Positions 10,869 through 22,442 of a stretch of 64,000 nucleotides of DNA are shown one piece after another. The notes under the pieces were generated by a model that did no database searches, was not told the origin of the DNA, and saw only the letters and a list, made by a program, of their open reading frames with translations. The translations under genes were made by a program, and so were the position numbers. The stretch comes from Octopus sinensis. Its lineage: Eukaryota. Position 1 is the first letter of the stretch; each line of letters starts with the position of its first letter. Where the stretch lies: positions 22,146,464 to 22,210,463 of the forward strand of contig NC_043011.1 in assembly GCF_006345805.1 (NCBI RefSeq), in the 5' to 3' direction.

Positions 10869-11997
10869 CAGGGTGCAATGGGTAAATTGTTGCCATTTTA
10901 TATTGTTAGTTTTGGACATGCACATTGCTTGTTTTTGATTTTGTTGACTACACAGTTTAGTAGTGTCAGGTTGGGCACCATTTGTAAGAAAGACAGCACC
11001 ATGATGCAATTCACTCTGTCAGATATGTGGAAACGACATGCTGTACTACTTGGCATTTGTGCCGGAAGCTCCAATACAAAGATTTCAGAGTGTTTGGGTG
11101 TCAATCTTATTTCTTTACTGCCCACAAGGGGCTACACACAGAGGGGACAAACAAGGACAGTTAAACGGATTAAGTTGATTATATCGACCCCAGTGCGTAA
11201 CTGGTACTTAATTTATCAACCCCGAAATGATATTTAAGCAACCCCAAAAGGATGAAAGGCAGTCAACCATGGCGAAATTTGAACTCAGAACGTAGCGGCA
11301 AACGAAATACCGCTAAGCATTTCACCCGGTGTGCTAACGTTTCTGCCAGCTCACCGCCCTGTTTGGGTGTCAATCTGAGGACATGTACCAAGAGTGATAA
11401 AAATCAAACATCCAGTCAACATCATGGTATTTGGAGTGATCATTAGTGATGGTGATGTTATGCCTCCATTCATCTTCCCACATGGCCTCAGACTCAACAA
11501 GGAGGCCTACATCAAGTGCCTGGAGGAGGTAGTGTTGCCCTGAGTCAAGAGGGTGGCTGCTAGAAGACCCTATGTCTGGAAACAGGACTCTGCACCATGC
11601 CACACAAGCAGGAGAACCCAGTGATGGCTGTCAGACAATTTCTGCAACCACATCACCCCTAACATCTGGCAACCTAACTCCCCAGACTGCAACCCCCTTG
11701 ATTATTATGTGTGGGGTGCACAACAAAACTCCTTGTAACACCAAAGATGAACTGAAGACAAGGAGTATGGCAACATTTACCAACTTAAACAAGAAGACCA
11801 TCCAGAAGAGTTGCAGAAAATTCCAAAGTCGTCTGGAGGCCATGGTTGAAGCCAATGGCAATTTTATTGAAAAAATTTACTCTTTAGTATTTCAAGATAT
11901 TTTTATGTAATTTTGGTAAATAAATTTGTTAAAATGAGATGTCAGTGTTATTTTCCTTTTTGCGTAATTTAGATGACAGTTTATTCACCGCACTGTG
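10869..11997 (+). mobile_element. Tc1/mariner-superfamily DNA transposon of DD37D (maT) type; internally deleted and interrupted by a SINE
   Basis: Starts TA|CAGGGTGCAATGGGTAAATTG with an imperfect right TIR near 11970-11997; translation KHPVNIMVFGVI...WKQDSAPCHTSRRTQ*WLSDNFCNHITPNIWQPNSPDCNPLD has 37 residues between the 2nd and 3rd D. Confidence 0.88.
11108..11359 (-). mobile_element. Full-length tRNA-derived SINE with a 17-bp target-site duplication
   Basis: Head GGGCGGTGAGCTGGCAGAAACGTTAGC...GAGTTCAAATT; identical TGTTTGGGTGTCAATCT at 11091-11107 and 11360-11376. Confidence 0.93.
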
Positions 11998-12159
11998 TGT
12001 GTGTGTGACATAACTGGAATTTTAGGTATTTGGATTTCTAATTCTCTGAAAGGTCAAAGACAGATAATGGCAGAAAACCAAGACCTGTCCAAAAATCTGT
12101 GGTAATTAGTAGAGTACAGCAAGATGCCATTCTGGGTCCCCTTTTATTTCTCATAATGT

Positions 12160-12381
12160 TATCAAATATTGATTTCAAATTTTGGTACAAGGTAAGCAAT
12201 TCTGGGGGAAGAGTAAGTTGATAACATTGACCCCAGTACTCATTTGGTACTTATTTTATCAACCCCAAAAGGATGAAAGGTAAAATCAACCTCGGCAGAA
12301 TTTGAACTCAGAATATGAAGACTGACATAATACCACTAAGCATTTTGCTTGGCATGCTAATGATTCTGTCAATTTGCCGCC
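12160..12381 (-). mobile_element. tRNA-derived SINE (11108 family head and body)
   Basis: ccccagtactcatttggtacttattttatcaaccccaaaaggatgaaagg...atttgaactcagaa...ttgccgcc. Confidence 0.85.
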
Positions 12382-12387
12382 TTAATT

Positions 12388-12760
12388 TTACTATAATGGG
12401 TGTTATGTCCGTCTGTCTGTTCCCTCTTTACGGTCAAACAGCTGGACCAATGGTCATGATGTTTTTCGGGATTACAAAGGCAGTAATGAGGAAGGTTTTT
12501 AGTGCAAAAAATATGAAAAAGTATGATTATTTGGTAGATGTTGTGGGTAATTGTTCAATTTACAGGTGTAAAAAAGTAAATAAAAATTAAGGTAAGTAAG
12601 TCAACCTCTTACTACAATGGGCATTATGTCCGTCTGTCTGTTCCCTTTTTACAGTCAAACAGCTGGATCAATGGTCATGATGTTTTTCGGGATTACAAAG
12701 GCGGTAATCAGGTAAAAATGTGAAAATGTATCATTATTTAGCAGATATTGAGTTTTGTAT
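12388..12760 (+). repeat. Two direct copies (~150 bp, period 221) of a Helitron-like 5' segment
   Basis: ttacta(t/c)aatggg..ttatgtccgtctgtctgttccc...gggattacaaaggc.gtaat at 12388 and 12609; the Helitron assignment rests only on the TCTTACTAC...GTCTGTCTG-type start. Confidence 0.7.
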
Positions 12761-14199
12761 TAATTAATTAATCTCCTTTGATTTTTGTGTTAAAATTTCA
12801 GTGACAAGGATTCCCCCACCCCGTATGGTTCATGAATTTAGATTTGTGATACTGTCCCTTTATTTCCCATTATAGATGGGCAGATTCCTAAAGATTCCAC
12901 TTGTGCTTTCACAACAAACAAGGCACAGAGCTAGACTTTAGATCATGCTGGTGTTTACACATGCCCAGTTATACGTCACTATGAGTAGAGCAACAGACTC
13001 CCAGTAATTTGAAAATTAGTGTTGACCAAACAGAAAATATTCTCTACAAAGAATTATATATTTCTTTCTTTTTCCTTTCAACACAACATTATTTTTTTTT
13101 TGCTTCATTTATTTTTCTTCTAACCAGAATTGTTTTTCTCTTATTTAGATTTCTTCTTGTTCCACACAGAATTATACATACAAGAATATATATATATATA
13201 TATTCTTTTCAAAAATTACACAGCATTATTATATATATATTTTTCATTTCTACGACTTTTCCTTTCATTACACTTTTCTCAGCAGAGACTGGATCGGTTA
13301 CTTGCAAACTGTCATTATCTTTTAAAGTGTTTGTATTAGAATGATTCCTCAACAAATCATTTTCAGTAGAAGGACCTTTTCCTGTAACAGATGGCTCAAA
13401 TCCTCTAATTTCAGAATTTTCTACATGTTCTTCACTAGTCACTTCCATCAACATTTCATCTGGAGTCTTTTCAAGGAGGGCTTGTTTAGTATCCTCAATC
13501 ACAAAATGGCTTGCGTTTTCTTTGTCCATTTTAACTTTCTTAGCTGGTTCATTTTCAATTTCAACAGATATCTGCTTACATTTGAAATCTTTTGGCATGA
13601 TTTGTTTTAAATGTATCATTAATTCTTTTTAATTTTTTTTTTCTTCTAACCAGAATTATTTTTTATTCCACACAGAACCATAGTTTTTTTGTTTTTTTTA
13701 ATGCTGCAGGTAGTACATTATTATAAGTCTAAATTATTACTGGTAGTGCTACTACATATAGAAACCTGACTTATAAATCCTTCGAACGGACTTATTATTA
13801 TTATTTTTTGTTCCACAGAGAACTTTTTTTGTTGGCATTAGGAAGGGTATCCAGCCATAGAAACCATGCCAGCATGGAAAGTGGATGTTAAATTACAGCA
13901 ATGGCAGTGTCGGAGATGATGACAATGACAACAATACATGCTTCTCTAAACATATTTATATTCTGTCTAGAGTTCAGTAGCTAGGTACTGACAACATTTA
14001 CTATAAGAGACCTGGCATTGATGTTGACATCTTGGAAATCCCTGTTTGGAGCAGGTTGGACTACTGTTCATAACTAAGGTCTTCTACCAGCCCAGGCCTT
14101 ACCTATCAAAGATATAAGCAAAGTCATAAATCTTAACTACTGGGAATATCTTTTCACATTATATGTCAACTCTCTGGAACATCTGGAGGGGAAGATATG

Positions 14200-14201
<2 letters not shown>

Positions 14202-14284
<83 letters not shown>
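14202..14284. repeat. Compound (TA)n(GA)n microsatellite
   Basis: Directly visible. Confidence 0.97.
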
Positions 14285-14287
<3 letters not shown>

Positions 14288-14699
14288 TCTTGTTTGGAAC
14301 TTCAGAATACAAGAGAGAGAAAACCATCCCAATTCTCCTTTACTCAGAATCAATTATCTAACAGTAGCAGTTTGGTATTTGAAGGTCCTTAGATGTACAA
14401 TTGTCCTCTACAAAAATTACAAATATACCTTGTGAATACAGTACAAAGAATGAGGAAGGAACAGTGCTCCTGTTGTTAAGTTGCTTCTGTGATGCAACTT
14501 AACAATTTGTAACACTAATTTCTGATAAATACACAAGCAAGACAAACTTCATTATCACAAAGAAACAGGATAGAAAATCAGTTTTGAATGCTGAGTCTTT
14601 CTCTAGTGAAGAATAAACTAGTGATTCGTGACTTCAGACTAAGAGTTAAAGAAACTCTATGCCTCAAAGCAGTTTGGAAATGGAAATGAAAGTATAAGG

Positions 14700-15590
14700 A
14701 GCCATCAAACAATTATTGAGTGTGAGAACTACTAACTGAAGCATTTTACAAACAGGAAGTGAAAGTAGAAACATATAACATAAAAAACAACTGGAAGTTC
14801 CTATGTGAAAACCTGCAGAGGGCAACAGATGAGGTTTGTGAGTGAGGTTCCAACCAGATGGAATGTAGCATGGTGATGGAATAATAAAAGCTAAGGGAAG
14901 AACCTGAAAGGACTGGAAGAAAGAGAGGGGTATAGAGCAATACCAAGCAGCTAGATGAGAAATTAGGTATACTTTGCAAGAGGTGCAGCAGAAAGAGGTT
15001 TTCCAGTATTATGTAATATGAAGATCAGAAGCTCAAAGTGTTTCAGATTGCAAAACATTGTATGGACGAGCATCAAGACACCATTAGAGAGAAGTGTGAA
15101 ATTATTAAGGTGCACATACTTTGATAATTATTGTGTGAAATTATTAAGGTACTGATGCTAAAAAGTAAAAAGTATAGAAGTGCTATTATACAAGAAGTCA
15201 TTGCATATGGAAAATGCATAAGAGAAAGAGGGTCTTTTCTGGATAGACCCAACAGAAGTACCAACAAGCATTTCAAGATTCTAGCAGTATCGTAGTAAGC
15301 ATAATTAAGGTTATGGAAGCAAGTAAAGCATATGGTCTATCATTAATAGTCACTGAGATAATTGATATGTCTGAGATAGTAGGGCAGAAGCTATTCACTT
15401 ATGTAGTCAATCACGTTATACAGGAAAGTGTTATACTCATTGACTGACATAGCATCCTCATTGTCGAATACTACAAAGCAAAGAAGATGCATCAGAGAGA
15501 AGCGATTGCAGAAGTCAAATTATTGGGCCAGGTTATGAAAGTTATGGAAAAAATTACAATTCAGGTAATAGATAAGATGCATGGTATCTA
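14700..15590 (+). mobile_element. Degenerate RTE LINE (EN-RT linker and early RT)
   Basis: agggcaacagatgaggtttgt (RATDEVC) and tcaaattattgggccaggttatgaaagttatggaaaaa (IKLL.QVMKVME), shared with 40860-42050. Confidence 0.6.
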
Positions 15591-18339
15591 TTTAGATATC
15601 ATTGGTATGTTGGTCTTGGTTCCATGTTTTCTTTGGTTTGTTAGTTTCATTTCTCTGTAGGTGGTTCTTGATAATTGGTAGAGGTGTTTCAAAAAAATGA
15701 ACAAATAGAATAATGATGCATCTGACACAGCTAACCAAGGTCAAGTTGGTGAAGGGAAGTTCCATTTCTGAGGCAGGAAGCTTGCAAATCAGTGATAACA
15801 CACCCTTTCCAATTGTTCATCATCATCAAAATGATCTTATGTATGTATATAATGTATGTGTACATGTATGTGTGTGTTCAAACATTTAATGCATATGCAA
15901 GAACAGGTACCCAGGTATGAAGTCTTCTGTTCAACAATTTATTAAAATATGTGTGACAAAAGGAATTTATTATTAATGCAAACCAATTGTTTGGCTTCTT
16001 AAATTCCATTGCTTATCCCTAAAAGTACATTTTGTCTCATTAGAGTATTAAAATTATTTATTCTTTTGGTGACTGAATTCTAAAATGATGAGAAAATAAT
16101 ATAACGAAAAATTTGTTGTTAAAATAGAAATTGTTCTTTTATGTATGAAAAATTCACTAATTGTCTAAGTTTAGGAACATGCTTCTTGTAAAAGTTTTTA
16201 CTCTTGGAGTAAAAAGTGGTTTTTGAATCAAAGTAAAGATTTGCTTAAAGAAGACCACAATAGAAATAATATTTTCCTGTAACATTGTCCTTTTCTCATT
16301 GAATGATGGAATTACTAAATGTAATCGTTTTTATTTTAGTTTGTATTTCCATTTAATCAAATCCTTTAAAATTACTATTATACAATGTATTTTTACGTAT
16401 CTGCCTCTTGTAAAGATTAGTAATTTATTCAACAGTAATACGATATATAAACATTTGTTTAAATAAAAGGAAAAGATCCTATATATATATATATACATAC
16501 AGACACACATACATGATACAAGCAACACATACATATACACACATATAAGTGTGTGTGTATGTATGTGCAATGAAAATACATTGTATTAGATGATTCCTGT
16601 CAGCTTACATGTCTCCATACCCCCCTCCTGTGATGTGTCTTAACATTTATGTTTAAATGGCTGCTACCTTGTCTTAAATATCTGGGAAATATCGAAACAT
16701 AGTTTGTCTCACCCAAGACATTACCAAACATAAGAAAGTTTGCTCTATTTTAGCAGTCATTAAAAAAAAAACAACTCAATGCTTTTTTTCCTGAAATTTT
16801 TTGTACAGTATATATTATTTCTATTTAAAAAAATTGAAGACATGAAATTCCCATTTAATATCTGATTAAAAATTTAATTTTTAAAGAATCACAATTCTAT
16901 ATTTTAATTACAGTAAACTTAAAAGAATTAATCAACTTTCTGTCAGAATTTAAAAGTAGTAATATAATCATCATTCTTGGAATAATAATTATAGGGATTT
17001 GAGATAAGAAAAAAAAAAAAAAAGAAACAAGCTGCATAGGAAGACTTAATTGTATTCCTCGCTTTAACTTGTATGGTCTATTAATAATTCTAATCATATT
17101 ATAAAGCTTGCTTGTATGTGGGCGTCATGAGGACGACGCCATGACATAACAATAGTTTGGCGGCGCTCACAAACATGCGACTTGTAGAACATTATTCCAT
17201 AAAATTAACTGAACATTATATATATATTTAATATTTGAATAGTTTATTATAAATATTGGAAATATATTTCGAATAAATAATATTAATAAAAATTCGATAT
17301 TTTCGTTTATTCTACAGCCATGTTAAAAATGTTTGATACTCATAAATGATGCTTCCGAAAACAGAATCATCATTCTCATGCTTACAAAGAGTACAAAGAA
17401 TAAACTGTCTTTTTTTTTTTTTTTTGCTTAAAAAAATTTCAAAATTATTTTCGTTTTGGCTTTCAAAATAGAGACAAGTTTTTGTTCATTTTAAAACTGT
17501 TTTAACAGCATGTTGAATGCAATCTGAACCCACCCCAACCCTCAACACCAACTACTGTTTCTGCTGGCCTTTTGTTGTCAGTCTCTCAGCTTCGCTCAAC
17601 TAGTTAAGCGCAAAAATCTCGTGATGGCGGTCATTCTCCTTCGAGGGAAATCGACCCTTATCCGTATCAATCGCCACATTTATCATGAGAGTTTTGTAAC
17701 GACTTTTAAAACTCTCTGTGCCATTTTCTTCACTTGTAGAATCTCATCATTATTTATTGAAACTTTCGTTTGTACACAATAGTAATAGCTTATTGTCTTG
17801 TCGACTAAATGCGTAGATTTATTTTTCGTGGGAAGCTGGTCTGGCTGACTCCATGTTGGCATGCCAAGATACGTGGTATCCAATCTGAAGACAACTTGGA
17901 CAATATTTGCTGACGAAAATGGTAATGCTTTCGAAATTTACACACCTTAAAATTATATATGTATATACACATGTACAGACATGTATAGACGTGTATATAT
18001 GTATATATATATATATATAATCTATTATATAAACAAATACGTATATATTTGTACACAGATACATTTATAAACCTATTTACATCTCTATTACATATATATA
18101 TAAATAGGATATATATGTATATTATATATATAATATACATTATATAATAATGTATACAATATACTAGTAGCATATCTATAATATCAATTTTAATTTTAAA
18201 TATCGAAAGAAAATTTTGTAATGATTTTATATACAGCGAATGGGATGTTCTTAAATTTTGGGGTTCGAAATTTAACATAATGGTGTTGGTATTTTATATT
18301 TATTTACCAACAGAAGAAACTGCAATAAGTTTGGTTATT

Positions 18340-18570
18340 TTTAATAACAATTGATCGATTCAAGCCAACGTGGATGTTATACGTAGTCGTTCAACACGCT
18401 AGAAATAGCGGCGAAATTTCAACCACGTCCCCTCCACAGACACACGCAGTCTTTAAAAAAAAAAGGACGTATTAGATAATGCAGTTTAGTGCGTGCTATT
18501 CTTGAACATGACAAGGGAGGGTCATGGCTTGAATGTCTTTGATCATAACGTCTGCTATGCTAGAGAACGG
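18340..18570 (+). mobile_element. Short interspersed repeat (second, decayed copy on the - strand at ~63180-63320)
   Basis: gctagaaatagc...gggtcatggcttgaatgtctttgatcata matches the reverse complement of tatgatcaatagcattccagctatgacc...gctattatctctagc. Confidence 0.65.
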
Positions 18571-18734
18571 CCGTCGTCCTCACCTGTCTCTAGAAAGATC
18601 ACGTGAGTGTATGTAGCGCCAAAATGAAAATTAATCTCCCTTATTTTCTTTACAATTGTTGCAATATTTAACCACTGCGTTGCGCAGTCGACATGTTTTT
18701 ATCCGTTACCATTGCTTTTTTTCTCTCTCTATCC

Positions 18735-19065
18735 GAGTATCTTATTTAAAATAATAATAAAAAGATACTATGCGTTTTTCTTCATTAGAGAAAAAAAAAA
18801 AATAACATTTTTCTTTTGAAAATGATTAACTATCTTGATTATTTACTTTATTTCATGCCTTATTTTTAGTGACTAAGCTATCTTTCACCTCTTTCTCTGC
18901 AAGTATTTTATTTAAAATAACAATAAAAAGATACTATGCATTTTTCTTCATGAGGGGGAAAAAATATTTTTCCTTCTAAAATGAAATAAGTTTTTTCGAT
19001 TATTTACTTGATTTTATTCATTTTTTTTTTATAGTGAGGATAAACATCCTTCACCTCCTTTTCAC
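18735..19065 (+). repeat. Diverged two-unit tandem repeat, period ~166 bp
   Basis: agtat.tt.atttaaaataa.aataaaagatactatgc.tttttcttcat...gattatttactt...cacctc at 18735 and 18901. Confidence 0.75.
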
Positions 19066-20937
19066 TCATGTCTAATGAGCAGTTAGGAAATTTTTGAAAT
19101 ATATTGTTCTAGCATAATATCGAATGTATTCTTGAGCTGATTTCGCTTTATAAAATATATTATGAGTATTATAAAGTAACAGTTTTGAATAATAATAATA
19201 ATAAAGGCAACCGTTGTTTATCTAATATAACAGAGAACACAAACCTGCGTAATTAGAAAACATATATTTAGAAATAAAAATGATTTTACGCTTTAATGTG
19301 AGGTGGGAAAAATTAAATTTTCTGCCAGAATCAATTAATATTACAAATGCTTAATTTTTATTTGAGTAGGCATCTGTTATTTCCAGTAAAAATTTAAGTC
19401 CATAACTATATAATATAGCTTATAAGTTATAAGATACAATAATGTTTGATAAAACTAACTATATGTTGATTACTAATGCAGTCCTGGCGGGAAAAAAATG
19501 GTGTGAAATCACAAGGTACGCAATTATATAAAATGTGATATAAGTGTGTTAACTGCAGCTTTAAGGTTATTGAAAAACATTTGCTATAGATGGAACTCAG
19601 TTTGAATCTCCCCCTACCCTCAATTCCATCACTATCCTAAATTCATGATATTCAACCCATATACGGTGCTATAGTAATAGTTCGTTTACACAACTATTGT
19701 AACGCTGAAGATAAAATTTATTGGACACTATTATTTCACTGATGGTTACCAATAATAAATTATTGAAAGATATTTACTTTTTATTTTAGTTTTTACTTTC
19801 TTTAACTCCTTAGGACGGGAAAAGCACATTGCTTATTTATTTAATTTTTTCATTATTTATTTTTTTTTGTATTTTCATCCACGTGTTTTGCTTACATGGG
19901 AGCTTTGGGATATATCACTGATTCTTAATATTAATTAATAACATAATTATCTCGATACTGAATTCTGATTACTGTTATATCGTAAATAGAATGAACACTG
20001 TTAATTTATGGACAGGCGAATCAAGTTTTAAAACTATGCTTTAAATACATTTTATTATTATCAATAGCAGTCGTCATCCTTGCTTACTGTAATTGTGCAT
20101 ATCTGACATGAAGATCGCCAATAATTCCGTAACTGGTTGCCATCAACTAGTATTAACAATTTACTTTATTATTCAGTTTTGTAAATTTACTTCAAATGGA
20201 ATTCATATAAATTCGAAACCATCACATTGAGAAAAACTTGATTTTTAGTAAAATCTGCTAAGGTAGTTGGTACTGAGTACATGAACCTTTCGTGATAAAT
20301 GACGAATAGGCCATGTTCTAACGTTCTATTGAAGAATGACTAGAGAAAAATACCCAAGGATACCTGCTTCATGAATAATTAATAGTAAAGTAGGCGCTAA
20401 CATACTTTAATGCAGTGAGCTAAGAAAATATAATTAATTAAAATTACACAATGATGAGGTGGAAATAAATCATGGTTTTAATTACTATTTCTGTTGATGA
20501 AAGACGAAAGACAATTCAGGAATTTAATTTTAAAGAATTCAGTGAATTTGAACATATGGTGACAACTCTGCACATGTTTCGTTATTAGACCTCATCAGCA
20601 AATCAGTCTATTACTCTCGAATTTCAGGAGTAGACAAGGTACGATATTTTGGCTTATGAGAATTTAGTGGTATAATTTACTTAAAAGAATAAACTCGTAG
20701 GGGAAGAGCCATGAACTCATGCTGCATGAAACATTACAAATTATGTTAATGTATTTAATGCAAGTGTCAGAAGTATAAATATTTTTGTACGTGCTGTTGA
20801 AAAACTGATTGTGCTATGCTTATGTAGAGTATTGGAAATTTGACCAAAACAATTAAAATGATTTTATCAGCATTCTCTACTGTTTCATAAATTAGTTTAG
20901 CTACAAGCTATGATCAACCATAATAAACTGTACATAC

Positions 20938-21101
20938 GATGTGAAGCTTCATCTTTGACGGCAAAAATAATTGGATGAATGTTACATATACAGAAGTGAA
21001 AACAGTCTTCTACAAAGGTTGTGCTATGGCTTATATACATAATATATACAGTAGAACCTTGGTTTTTGAACAACTCCTTCATGAATAAGTCATGCTTTAT
21101 G

Positions 21102-21148
<47 letters not shown>

Positions 21149-22411
21149 AAAGCATGATTTATTCATGATCAGAGTTGTTCAAAAACCGAGGTACTACTGT
21201 GTATGTATATATATATATATATATATTACATATATATGTGTATGTATAAACGTACTTAGTAAGTTGGCAAAGTAACTAACAGAACATGGCATATATGTAT
21301 GCATCTGTAAAATGCAAGTGGGTTTGCATGATGTGTGCACGAACTCCAAGTAAATCTACAGTTTGTATGTTTTTTTTTGTGCAAGTGAGTCTGTAAAATG
21401 TTCTGTGTATTCAATTGGTTTTGCAATCCTAGTTGCTACTATGCATTCTCACTGAGTAACTAAGTTGGGAAGTGAAATAGTCTGTTGTAGAGTTCTGCAG
21501 TGATAAAACTAGTTACAAAAGGTGATGAACTTGCTAATGATTTGAAGTTCACAAGTGTTCTAAGGTCATAAGTACTCCCTGTTAGAGTGGTATAACTGTT
21601 GAGCTGGTCACTGTTCTACATGACAGATTTCAGAAATCAGTTTTGGTAGTTGATGATATAGGCTCATTTGATACCAGTTGATTGTTCTGAAAAGTGATCG
21701 ATATAAGAAACTTGCTGCTGCTGGTCTTTATACAGTAGGCATATTAGTGACTGAACTAGAAAATAGTGAGGTAATTTGATACTGACTCTAGTTGTTCTGG
21801 AGGTAGACTTAATTGGTGACAAAATCAAACTAAATCTGGATTTACATCATATCAGTGTATGCTACAAATATACTTTTGTGAGGTATTCACTATAGTTTCT
21901 AATAGCTTCTAAAAGTTGAGTAAAATCTTTATTCAATAGTTTTAGGGGGTCTTTTCCAAATAATATAATCCTTTACAATATTAATTGCACCACTTAGTGA
22001 AAATTGTCATCCATATTTTATGGGTTGTTGTATGAAAATTAGACTCCCATTTGAAAAGGAAATTCAATTCAAGAAGACTACAGTTTTACCTCTTATAAAT
22101 GAGCAGATTTTTCTTCAAAGAGAAATATTGTCACTTTAAAGTGAGATTGATGACTGCAAGAGGATACTTTGTCAATTCAGTGGAAGAAGTTTTGAAAAGT
22201 GAAATGTACTCAGTTTGAAATCATCAATCTCATTTTAAAGTGATGTGAAGCTTCATCTTTGACGGCAAAAATAATTGGATGAATGTTACATATACAGAAG
22301 TGAAAACAGTCTTCTACAAAGGTTGTGCTATGGCTTATATACATAATATATACAGTAGAACCTTGGTTTTTGAACAACTCCTTCATGAATAAGTCATGCT
22401 TTATGTATATA

Positions 22412-22442
<31 letters not shown>

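Noticed and set aside
20088-20146. Possible 59-nt minus-strand exon (ctag|TTGATGG...ACA|GTAAGC)
   Set aside because: No polypyrimidine tract, no recognisable peptide and no partner exons
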